Positions 1 to 9,378 of a stretch of 14,389 nt of DNA are shown here, one piece after another; the stretch's first letter is position 1; each line of letters begins with the position of its first letter. Position numbers and translations under genes: made by a program. The notes under the pieces are model-generated. The model was given only the letters and a program-made list of their open reading frames with translations. It was not told where the DNA came from and did no database searches. Origin of the DNA: Zygophlyctis sp. KS116 (Eukaryota; Fungi; Chytridiomycota); the NCBI GenBank assembly GCA_054661495.1, contig BAAFSQ010000250.1, positions 1 to 14,389 on the forward strand, written 5' to 3'.

Positions 1-2
1 TG

Positions 3-71
3 CATGATTTTGAAAATTGGGTCAGTGGACAGGCAAGGACTGTACAAATGGCATCGATACTGAAATCTTAA
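3..71 (+). CDS. Probable 3' end of an upstream gene (partial; HDFENWVSGQARTVQMASILKS*)
   Basis: Open frame from the window edge to TAA at 69-71, overlapping AATAAA at 70-75. No recognisable motif. Confidence 0.4.
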   Translation, partial: HDFENWVSGQARTVQMASILKS

Positions 72-269
72 TAAATATAAAAGCTTTATCGATTCCTTTC
101 CTAAGTATGATTAATGTACATGATGATTCCAGTAGTGGCATATAACTGTGTGATGATAAGGACGTAAATATTATTGAGATTTAATCCTTTAAAATTTTGT
201 TAGATCTTCAACTTGAAAGAGAAAGTAAGTATAGATCTCTTGAATCTAGACCAACATTTTCAAAGTTTA

Positions 270-1391
270 TTAAGGCTTTCTCTTGAGTTTAGAGGCAAAA
301 TCAGCAAAAAAAAAGGTTGATGATTTTAAGCTCTTTATCAAAAAGTCTGCCATGAATGATGGAAGTCCAAACATATATCCAAAACCTGCTTTCGGTCCAA
401 GAGAAATTCCTATATTATTATCCTTTTCTGCTGCGTATTTTTTAAGCTTCTTTTGATTGCCACGAATCAATGATAAAATATTTGATGCGACAATAGGTGC
501 TTGTTTCATGACATTTACGAGCATTTTGGGTGAACCAGTTGCAGCAACATCTCCAAAACTAAAAATATTTTCATAATTTCCGACTTGCAATGTCGATCTT
601 ACAATCACCTGACCTTTTTCATCAACTAAATCTGTCGATAATCCTTTTATGGGATCGGAATTCAAAATACCGATTCCAGTACAAATCATTGTCAAATCAG
701 ATTCTAATATTGTCCCTTTATCAGTTCTGAGAGCTTGTTTCCCAGCAAAATAAACTTTATCTTTTAATTCAGAAGGAATTTCAACTCTTTCACCCAAAAC
801 AAATTTTATACCCATTCCTTCAGCCTTTTTACGCAAACGCTCTTTTGAAGCATCAGCTATATCATTTGCCAATAAAGTTGAGCGAGAATGCACAACTGTA
901 ACATCCTTGTCTGCATATTTAAATCTTATTTCAGCAGCCGTTTCAATACCAACAGGTCCACCACCAACCAAGACAATTTTTTTGGCCTTTTCAACTGCAG
1001 TACTCAACTCTGTAAATACGCTGACAGCGTCGTCCTTGGAATGATTATCTAGTTTAAATGGTAATCCATATTTAGCCCCAGTACAGTACACTAGATAATC
1101 AAATGGAATTTCTGTTTCATTTTCAAGAATGACCTTTGACTCTTCAACCTTTTTTACTTTTCCCTGAACAAACTTGGAATTTGGATTCTTAAACATATTT
1201 GTATAAGGAATGAACTGACTGGAACCAAAGGACGGATCAACTACAGCACGTACAGCAGCAACCGAATGGAAGAATTGATCATTTGGTGAAATTAAAGTCA
1301 CCATAGCTTCATTATGCTTTAAAGACTTGTCAAGATCAGAAGCGACAAGAACACCGGCAAACGATCCACCAACAATTACAATATTTTTCAT
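270..1391 (-). CDS. AMID/AIFM2(FSP1)-like FAD-dependent NAD(P)H oxidoreductase, 373 aa, intronless
   Basis: N-terminal FAD Rossmann motif NIVIVGGSFAG, IPFDYLVYCTG, NAD motif IVLVGGGPVGIETAAEI, VTVVHS, and LQV...NIFSFGD are typical of the AMID/Aif1 pyridine nucleotide-disulfide oxidoreductase family. Confidence 0.9.
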   Translation of the reverse strand: MKNIVIVGGSFAGVLVASDLDKSLKHNEAMVTLISPNDQFFHSVAAVRAVVDPSFGSSQFIPYTNMFKNPNSKFVQGKVKKVEESKVILENETEIPFDYLVYCTGAKYGLPFKLDNHSKDDAVSVFTELSTAVEKAKKIVLVGGGPVGIETAAEIRFKYADKDVTVVHSRSTLLANDIADASKERLRKKAEGMGIKFVLGERVEIPSELKDKVYFAGKQALRTDKGTILESDLTMICTGIGILNSDPIKGLSTDLVDEKGQVIVRSTLQVGNYENIFSFGDVAATGSPKMLVNVMKQAPIVASNILSLIRGNQKKLKKYAAEKDNNIGISLGPKAGFGYMFGLPSFMADFLIKSLKSSTFFFADFASKLKRKP

Positions 1392-1479
1392 TTTCAGGAA
1401 TAAAGTAGAGACTAAATAGTCAATTGAAATGTTTAAAATTACAAATTCTGTGACAGTTACTGTTGTCAGCTTTAGAAGT

Positions 1480-1541
1480 CTTAGAGAATTAGAATATGAA
1501 TTTATTTTACCTTGGAGAATTAGAATATGAATTTAATTCCT
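1480..1541. repeat. 31-bp tandem duplication in the divergent intergenic region
   Basis: cttagagaattagaatatgaatttattttac (1480-1510) and cttggagaattagaatatgaatttaattcct (1511-1541); the 21-nt core is identical at 1484-1504 and 1515-1535. Confidence 0.9.
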
Positions 1542-1545
1542 TTAA

Positions 1546-1563
1546 GCGACGCGAAGCGCGTTT
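1546..1563. promoter_or_regulatory. CGCG cluster (MCB/SCB/E2F-like) in the divergent promoter
   Basis: gcgacgcgaagcgcgttt has two CGCG cores (ACGCGAA, GCGCGTTT) in otherwise AT-rich DNA. Confidence 0.4.
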
Positions 1564-1781
1564 GACTTTTGATCTTTGTCGATCAACCACATTATCATCT
1601 GCTACAAATTCACAAGTAAGAAAACGCTACAAGGTTTAAGAAATATATCGAAACGAATGCTGGACAATTATGCAATCCATAGTGAATGTTTCTACAGTGA
1701 CCCATGCTTCGGACAACTGATATCGGAATTTAGGAACATTGCTGGTCCGATCTTTTGTTCGGAATTTAAAGATTAGAGATA

Positions 1782-3197
1782 ATGGCAACCTCAAAGACTT
1801 TAGATCGAAAAATTAATACTGAAACATTTTGTGGAATTTCAACTAAGAGAGTTTTATTCATCATCACAATTGTAACGCAATTTATAATCTTGTTGAATGG
1901 AGTCGTGACATTGACCACAGACAGTCTGGCTGAGCAAGCCTTTAAAAAGTATACAGCCACTACATTGCCGCAATTGGCCAATTTAAAATCATTATCCTGG
2001 AGAAATTGGAAGATTAATGAATTGCTCGTTGAATCATTGATCTTGAATTCAACCATGACACCTAATGTGTATCAATATTATACCATGGCTTACAAGTCGG
2101 CAATTGAATATGAAGATTCCCAGATAACTTCTGCCATGACTAATGAGAATGTTAACATATCGGCATTGATTAGCAAGTTAAAAAATGGAATTGAAGCTTC
2201 TATTTTGGCTGGAGCTCCTACTACAAGTTATGATGCAGATTTGGTTGCTTTGGATAATGCATTAATATCTCAATTAAACTCTCATTCTAGTTCTTTTGAG
2301 CAATCATTGTCTCATTTACAACAAGAAACAAAAATTGTCATGATTTTAAATGGAGTATTCTTGGGTATTATTTCTGTATTTCGTGTTATTGAAGGATATC
2401 TCTGCTTTTCTATTACCACGAGGGGATCACAGTCTCTTGAAGTATTTGGGGCCATGTCACATTTGGGTCTTTCGGTTCTTGAATGTGCTGCTTTCTTGAC
2501 CATGACAACGATTCGTTTTAATGATATTCAAAAATTGATTGATTTAATATATCCCTTGTACAATGCAGCTTGGGGAATCAAATATTATGATCCAATTTTA
2601 ACAGGATCAGCCATGAGATTTGTTTACTCTAATGGGAGTACAGAATGGTTGGATCGATATAATGCTGCTATTGATCCTCTAATTGCTTCCATTGATGTGG
2701 CTCGTTCTTTAGCTGTCTCTGCATCTGAAAAACTCTTGTTTAATTTGACAGATACAGCAAATACAGTTTTAGTGGAATTGGAAACGATTGCCTTGAATGA
2801 TTCTGTTGCGGGAGTAGCCAGTTTGACTGGAGATGCCTATACAACAAACAAGCAGATTTACTTGTATGCTATTGATCTATTTGTGAGCAAACAAGAGACA
2901 TCATTATATTCTTCTTTTGTGTCTTCAGCAACATTAACTACAGTCCTCTTGTATTGTGCATCATTCTTTACGGCCATCAGTTTGCTTAATTGGGTTCGAG
3001 AATTAATAAGACTATTTGATCCCAATGGTAATCTCAAGTATCGACTAAAGAATTCCTTGACTTCTACTCTTGCTATTGGACACGATCATGTTTCTGCTGT
3101 ATCTGGATCTCCAAAAGTCATATTAGAAGGATCTGAAAAACCGTCTGATGTGGCACCCCTTGTAATCTCTTCAAAAGAGGTTAAAGATGCCTTGTAG
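1782..3197 (+). CDS. Uncharacterised 4-TM membrane protein, 471 aa, intronless; two tandem TM-helical sensor-like domain-TM modules
   Basis: Long clean ORF with hydrophobic segments at about aa 23-45, 185-203, 220-242 and 384-405. Internal similarity at an offset of about 191 aa (W73/W264). Module 2 resembles bacterial four-helix periplasmic sensor domains. The ORF is solid; the function is inferred. Confidence 0.75.
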   Translation: MATSKTLDRKINTETFCGISTKRVLFIITIVTQFIILLNGVVTLTTDSLAEQAFKKYTATTLPQLANLKSLSWRNWKINELLVESLILNSTMTPNVYQYYTMAYKSAIEYEDSQITSAMTNENVNISALISKLKNGIEASILAGAPTTSYDADLVALDNALISQLNSHSSSFEQSLSHLQQETKIVMILNGVFLGIISVFRVIEGYLCFSITTRGSQSLEVFGAMSHLGLSVLECAAFLTMTTIRFNDIQKLIDLIYPLYNAAWGIKYYDPILTGSAMRFVYSNGSTEWLDRYNAAIDPLIASIDVARSLAVSASEKLLFNLTDTANTVLVELETIALNDSVAGVASLTGDAYTTNKQIYLYAIDLFVSKQETSLYSSFVSSATLTTVLLYCASFFTAISLLNWVRELIRLFDPNGNLKYRLKNSLTSTLAIGHDHVSAVSGSPKVILEGSEKPSDVAPLVISSKEVKDAL

Positions 3198-3310
3198 AAT
3201 AAAATATGGAATCAATTGGGAATTTATAATGTTAGAATGAATTTTTGAGACTGAGCTTATTAATTAGTATTAAACCATAATTAAACACTAATCAAAAAGT
3301 CTGAAAGAAA

Positions 3311-6087
3311 ATGAAAAATCCAATTCTAGAGTTTGAAAAAGAGTGCCAAGATAGAGATTATCCTTTAATAAATCAATTGTTAGTTTGTATTTCTGAGTTG
3401 TCCCCATTAGAGAAACATGAGGAATACGGTAGTCAATATAATTTACTCTTTAGGTATCAAATTATGGAATTTTATGGTTAGTATAGCAAACAAGGAGACA
3501 GATAAATGCAATTCCTTGTTTATAGCTCATGGGTAAAATACCAATAATAAATATAGAAAACATATAGCATGGAATTTACTCACTAAAGATGTTTGTTTGT
3601 ATGCGATCAAAGTAGGAAAGGCTTATTTTGATGCTAAAATGTATGATTTATCAAAAGAATTCTATGATGAGGCTCAAAAAGTAAGAATAGTATGCTGATT
3701 GTAGACTCTAAACGTGTCTCTAAAGAGAAATGATGCTTACTCTTACTGTCTATTAAATGTACATTTGTCTCAATTGGCAAATATTGAAAATTGTGCATCT
3801 AGTTTTGTTCTGGTCAAAAAAGCTATACAGGTTCAATTTATGAACTCATTATCTTGTGTTCAAGGCTATGATATTATATATGGGATTTTATTCAATGCAA
3901 AAAATACTCTAGATAAATTAGATTCTATAGAATGGTATAAATTGGCAATGGATGCATTAAGTAAAATTAAAGAGATTGATTCAAATGTTTTAAAAAATCA
4001 GAAATCTGCATTCATGATAGAAATAGCTCAGATTTATACTGAATTAGAGGACTATGATCAAGCAGAAAATATGATAATTCTCTCTTTTGAACAAGGCTCG
4101 AGTAATTTGATTGGATTTCGTGTGTTATTGGACATTACTTGTGCTAAATGGAAAAAGTCTGATCAAAATAATGAAAATGTAAAAGATGTCTTCAAAAGGA
4201 TGATTCAATCTCAAAATGATTTCAAGTCTCAGGCTTCTATAAAGCTTTATATGTCAATGATCTTCAAGGTTGAAAAAATATCTACAAATTTGGCAATTGA
4301 CTGTGTTGATCTCTTTCAGCCAAAATTATGGAAAAATAAGAATATTTCTTATGATTCATTTTTGGTTGTAAAAATATACTTGATGACTCTACAAAAAGAT
4401 GATTTTTCACCAGAATCATTTCAAAAACAGGTACAAGAGTTAACTAGGCAGGTCTCAATTGATGAAGACGTGAAACAATCTTGTCGTCTATTATTATTTC
4501 AGGCCGGAGATATTTCAGCAAATGAACAAAAATGGAATGATGCAATATTCTGGTATAGCCAAAGCGTTGTAATGTTTGGTGATTTAGATCAAGAAAATCA
4601 AAACTATGGTAAGAATTTATCATTTCTAATTTTAGCGATTTTGTATTCAAAACTAGCTATTTCTTATCTTAAGATTATGGAGATTGATTTAGCCAAAGAA
4701 TCAATTGACAAAGGTAATCAATACAGATTAAACTATAGCATATCATTCAAGAAGTGGAAGTTCGCCTATAGGAGACGTACTGGCTGTCCGTTTTTTGGTT
4801 CAAATGGAAAAAGGACTCACAAATGAAGCTGTAGAGACTTTGGATGCGATTAGTCAATTAAAAGATCCCAGACTACTGGTTCACGCTGCTGAAAGTGCAT
4901 TTAAAAAGGGAGATAAGAATCTCGTGAAACAAATCTTGAAAATATTTGCAGTTTCGGACATTGAATGGGATGCTCCAGATAATCAGCAAAAGTTATTCGT
5001 AATATTTAGGTAACTCTAATGATATTTAAAATTAGATGCTTGCTAAGATTAAATGAAGTCAATATTTCTGAATCAGATTCAAATGAATTAAAGTCGGAAT
5101 TGATAGAGGAAAGTCTTCGATATATTTCTAAAGTACTCCAACTTTGTTCAAAATGGTTTATTAAGGAAGCTGAACAGAATGAATATATCCAAAAAGAATT
5201 AGAATGGATGATTCAATCATCGTGGAATCAGGCTGTTGATGCTGAAAATTGTAGTTTAGAGCCATCTTCTTGCTTGTTATTTGAGCAAACAGCAGAGCTA
5301 ATCAATCTAAGCTATAAAACAGAATATCTTGAAAATCTTTATCAATGCTACTATTTCTCGATAAAGTATCGAATCAAAGAGTCACGGGAGAATAAACAGT
5401 CCTTATCAGAATCTGTACCAATAGCCAAAAAATCTTTTGATTCTCTATCGACTTTAATTCCACTGCTTAAAGATAAACTAGATCCGATTATACTCGATGA
5501 CTTGAAATCATTTTTGATTTTGTCAAACTTTGAAATGGAGCTTTTGAATGAAAATTGGGAAAACATATCCAAAATACTTGATTCTCCAGAATTATTAACA
5601 TACCGTGTATCCCTCTTGAAGTCTATGGCTGGTAATCAAGTTTAATTAACACAAATTAGACAAGGTGACATTGGATCATGATACACCGAGTGGTATTATG
5701 TATCTGACTCTTAAAAACACCATGAATGCTGTGATGAAGCGGGATACTGATTTCGATCTCGCAAAGTTTGCCCAGTGGTTTAGATTATTAATTCAGACAT
5801 CAGCTATAAGTAATGAATCTGTTACAATCGATCATCTGAATCAAGCCATCAAATTAATCAAATCATTCCCCTATTCAAAATCAGGCGGATATCCCATGTT
5901 GGAGATTGAATGGCTAATGATTACTAGTTGGAACATTGGAATGCGTTTATCAAGAATAGGAGATGAGAATCCAAGTATTGAATTCTTTCAAAAAGCTCTA
6001 GAAATCTCAAAACATTTGCCAGAAGAAATCGTTCCTGAACAGGTAAGTTTGCTCAAAATTAAAAATTCTCTCCGGTTGTTTAACTAA
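3311..6087 (+). CDS. SPO22: Meiotic TPR protein SPO22/ZIP4/TEX11, about 865 aa, 8 exons
   Basis: Introns 3429-3453, 3533-3556, 3681-3704, 4609-4635, 4714-4738, 5010-5035 and 5632-5659 give one frame. Family motifs: GIKLWN, KVGKAYFD...YDEA, WNDAIFWYSQS, NYAILYSKLAISYL, FRCLLRL, ELEWMIQSSWNQA, FAQWFRLLI, YPMLEIEWLMITSWNIG. The 3' end is ambiguous (6087 unspliced, or 6139 via intron 6043-6091). Confidence 0.85.
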
Positions 6088-6104
6088 AAAGATTAAAACC
6101 TGGA

Positions 6105-7087
6105 ATGATCACAGTCAAAGCTATACGGGAATTATCTGATGGTTCACAAGAAATTAGAAGAGCGCCTATTTCTCGGCTTCCTGGAGAATTAACGTTTGAT
6201 GAAGTATTTTTATTAATTTAATAAAAACTAGTTATGTATAATGGTCTGCAGATTGTTCAAGTTAAGTTCTGTTGATTCACTCTCTCTCAAATACTATGAT
6301 GATGAAGGGGATTTAGTAAATCTAGAAACAGACATTGACATTAGTCATGCTCTATCAATCAGCAATTTGTTAAAAGTAAAAATCATGGGTATCTATAAAT
6401 TTACTTAATTTAGAAAACGTTGAAATGGAAAAGCAATCTCCAATTTCTGCTGATCATTCTCTTTTACACGAGAAATTAGACAAGATTCTGAGTTTATTAT
6501 CTGTCAAACCTCTCACTAAAAAAGAAGTTGAAGATTTCTCATCTTTGGATAGAAAAGTTTCTTTAGAATCCTCCAATATTACCACAAACACGACATACTC
6601 TGTTGCTCCCAGTGCAACATCAATCACTGGTGCTGTCACTCCTGGCCGATCAACTCTATCAGAGGGATCGGAAAACTCCCGCCCAAATTTAGAAGTAGGA
6701 AAGTCTCCAAGTGCTCATGGTGCTCTAGTATCTCAGGTCCAATCAACAAGTTCATCATTAGCTGCGAATATCCAAGCAACTTCTGGTGTCCAAGTTTCCT
6801 ACTCTGGTGGGCAAGCGCCTTTTGCGCGAGCACCTTTTCCTGTTAGTGGACAGCCTTATCCATATGAACAATATCAACCTCCAGGACGGCCCAATTGGGG
6901 ACCACCCGCTTCTCATCCAGGCCAGGTTTCAGGACAGCTCTCTGGTCCTTTAGGCCCTGGGGCAAATCAGGGTGTTCCTTATCCAAACCAATATTCAGCA
7001 CCGGTCCGTTCTTATTATCAAGTAGGAAATCCTAATCGGCCTCCTCCTTCCAATCCAAGACCAAATTATCCTGGATACAATGGATGA
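6105..7087 (+). CDS. TFG-like protein: PB1 domain, short coiled-coil-like helix, P/Q/Y/G-rich tail; 309 aa, 3 exons (N-terminus missed by the ORF track)
   Basis: Introns 6204-6231 and 6389-6413 give MITVKAIRELSDGSQEIRRAPISRLPGELTFDE|LCIMVCRLF...LSLKYYDDEGDLVNLETDIDISHALSISNLLKVKI, with the PB1 basic Lys and the acidic OPCA motif, joined in frame to the 6425-7087 ORF. Confidence 0.8.
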
Positions 7088-7126
7088 ATTACAAATTTTA
7101 GTTTTTGGATTTTCAAATTTTAAAAC

Positions 7127-9342
7127 ATGAGACGCCAGTTCAAGTATAAGCCAGTGAGTGCAGATGGTCTGCATTGGTCTCAAGATAATCAGATTGCTTT
7201 CTGTACTCATGATGCAATCTTTATTATTGTATGCTGCTTGATTTTAATCCATAGAATCCAACAGAAAAGCTTTCTAGCACTCAAATCCTTTCACAAAAGT
7301 TCAAACCAAGGAGATTCTGGTTGGAAAATGATCATAATAATCTAGGTATTCATATAATTAGTTCTTAATGTATAGATCATATCAGATCCAGTCAGACTCT
7401 AAGCGATTCATTTATGAGTATTTGTTGGTCGCCGACAGGTCTTTCCTCTTTGGGAGGTTGCATGCTTCTTTCTATTTCTGCTCATCATTATGTACAAGTA
7501 CATGCTCCAGTTGATGATCCGAAAAGTGGATCATGGACAAAAGTGCTCGATTTAACTAAAACAATTGAAGGTTTGTCTAGAGAGGATCAAATACAAATAG
7601 ATCAGTTACAAAGCACTTGTAATTCTTAAGCTTTAATTTGATTAGGTGGGAGCTGGTCATATATGTTGCCAGGTGGTAAATCATGCATTGCTTCAATTGG
7701 TGATAAGTCTGGACGAATTATTTTCTTTATAATTTCAGAAAATAAAGTTTTAAAAACGTTTAGTATCCAAGTAGGTTATACATGGCTTTCAAAGTGTGCT
7801 TGGGCTGATTGGAAGGAGAATGGTCAAGAGAATTGTAAGATTTTATCTATTTATCTTTTAAGTCACATATTTTTCTACTGCTTCTGTTGATGGAACAGTA
7901 AAAATTTGGAAAATAAGGTTTTATAATGATCAAATTAAAGCCGAACTTCTACATCAAGTTTGTGAGCCTGATAAGTTGTTGGTGACTGCACTCTCTTTTA
8001 ACAATGGAATGGTACTTGGATCGTTTTAATTCTAGGAATTTCCGAAACTTGCATTTTCTAAAGGATATTCTCTCTATTCATGCTTGATCAATCCCGATAT
8101 AAAGGTTTCATCAATTAGATTGCCGTGTTTTATGAATATTTGCTGTAAGTATTTTCAAAAGTGATAATTTAGCGATAATTTGGAGTACATTTGATTCTTC
8201 ATTAAGAGTTTACACATTTGATGGAAATTGTTATATTTTATCCATTGATAAATCGGAATCGTTAGTTTTGATGGATGATGACTCTTCCGGGCTTAGAAAT
8301 GCAATTATTAAAACAGGCAGTAACTCTTTGGAAACAGAAGATGGAGAAGAACAACCTGAGGAGGATGACGAAGAGCCGGATCAAGTAGTAGTTTATGGGG
8401 CCTCATCATCTTTTAATAGTCTTTACGACTGTATCTTATTCACATCAACCAAAACCTATGATGTTAATTACAAAACGCTTGTTGATGAATCATGCTCAGT
8501 TTTAATTCGACCATTAGTTGATCCAAATGATGAAATGATTCTTGAAGATATCAAGCACTGCTTTGATTCTCCCATCAGTATTTTTTACTTATAACCATTA
8601 GAAATTTTGCATCCAATCTACAATCTCTGGGATATTTATGAACTATTTAAATCTTCTGATTCTACTATTCTCTCTGATATTCAAAATCAACTATTAGGAC
8701 AGTCTAGAGGTATCCTTACAAGTGATTTGGACAATATCCAAAATACTCTGTCATCTTTCCACTTTAAAGCTCATAAACTGGCTAGTTATTTAAGTTTATT
8801 AAGAGTAAGTTTTTTAAAGTAATATCTAGACTGGAAAAGTAGATTTTATATTTTATACTGAATCTATTATGTTCTACATCAAATACTTTTTATCTATTCT
8901 AAAAAGTTCAGAATCTCTTACCCCTACTGATATGAAAACCATTAGCATGATAAATTCACTTTATCTCTTAAATTCAAATGATTGGACTGACCTCTTGACT
9001 GAACTGATTAAATTTTACACTTTTCTTTCTAAAAACCAGTCAACTCAACGCATGGCAGAAGATTTACTCTCCTCACTAAAAGAAAATTCAAATCCAAATT
9101 CTATTCAAGAAGAATGCATCGTTTGTCAATCTGAAATTCATATTCTTGAAGTTGGAAGTGGTACCTGCATTAATGGACATGATTGGACACGTTGTTCACA
9201 GTGTTTCAAGTGCATTCAATCATTTTCTTATCGGGAATGCATTGGATGCAATGCAAAAGCATGCATCACAGATTCTATTAAATTAAACCATTGCATGATT
9301 TGCGGCTGCAGATTTCGTTTAGTTGGGATTGGATTTTCTTAG
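7127..9342 (+). CDS. GTF3C4: TFIIIC subunit GTF3C4/Tfc8/Sfc9 (TFIIIC-delta WD region plus C-terminal zinc finger), 667 aa, 9 exons
   Basis: Introns 7229-7254, 7346-7375, 7619-7645, 7835-7862, 8012-8035, 8145-8172, 8578-8601 and 8805-8829. Motifs: WSQDNQIA...IINP, WSPTGLSSLGGCML, TASVDGTVKIW, and the zf-TFIIIC pattern ECIVC...CINGHDWTRC...RECIGC...CMICG. Confidence 0.85.
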
Positions 9343-9378
9343 TAAAAAATTTCTTGTTTCACAAAATTGAATTTTTAA

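Noticed and set aside
306-314. A9 homopolymer in the oxidoreductase gene as a slippage site or assembly error
   Set aside because: The frame stays open (TFFFA) and the protein ends at a normal length for the family.
1480-1541. Direct repeat as a CRISPR array or transposon end
   Set aside because: Only two adjacent copies, no spacers, no cas or transposase gene, and a eukaryotic context.
6425-6427. ATG 6425 as the start of the Pro/Gln-rich gene
   Set aside because: Two upstream exons from ATG 6105 encode a complete PB1 domain and splice in frame.
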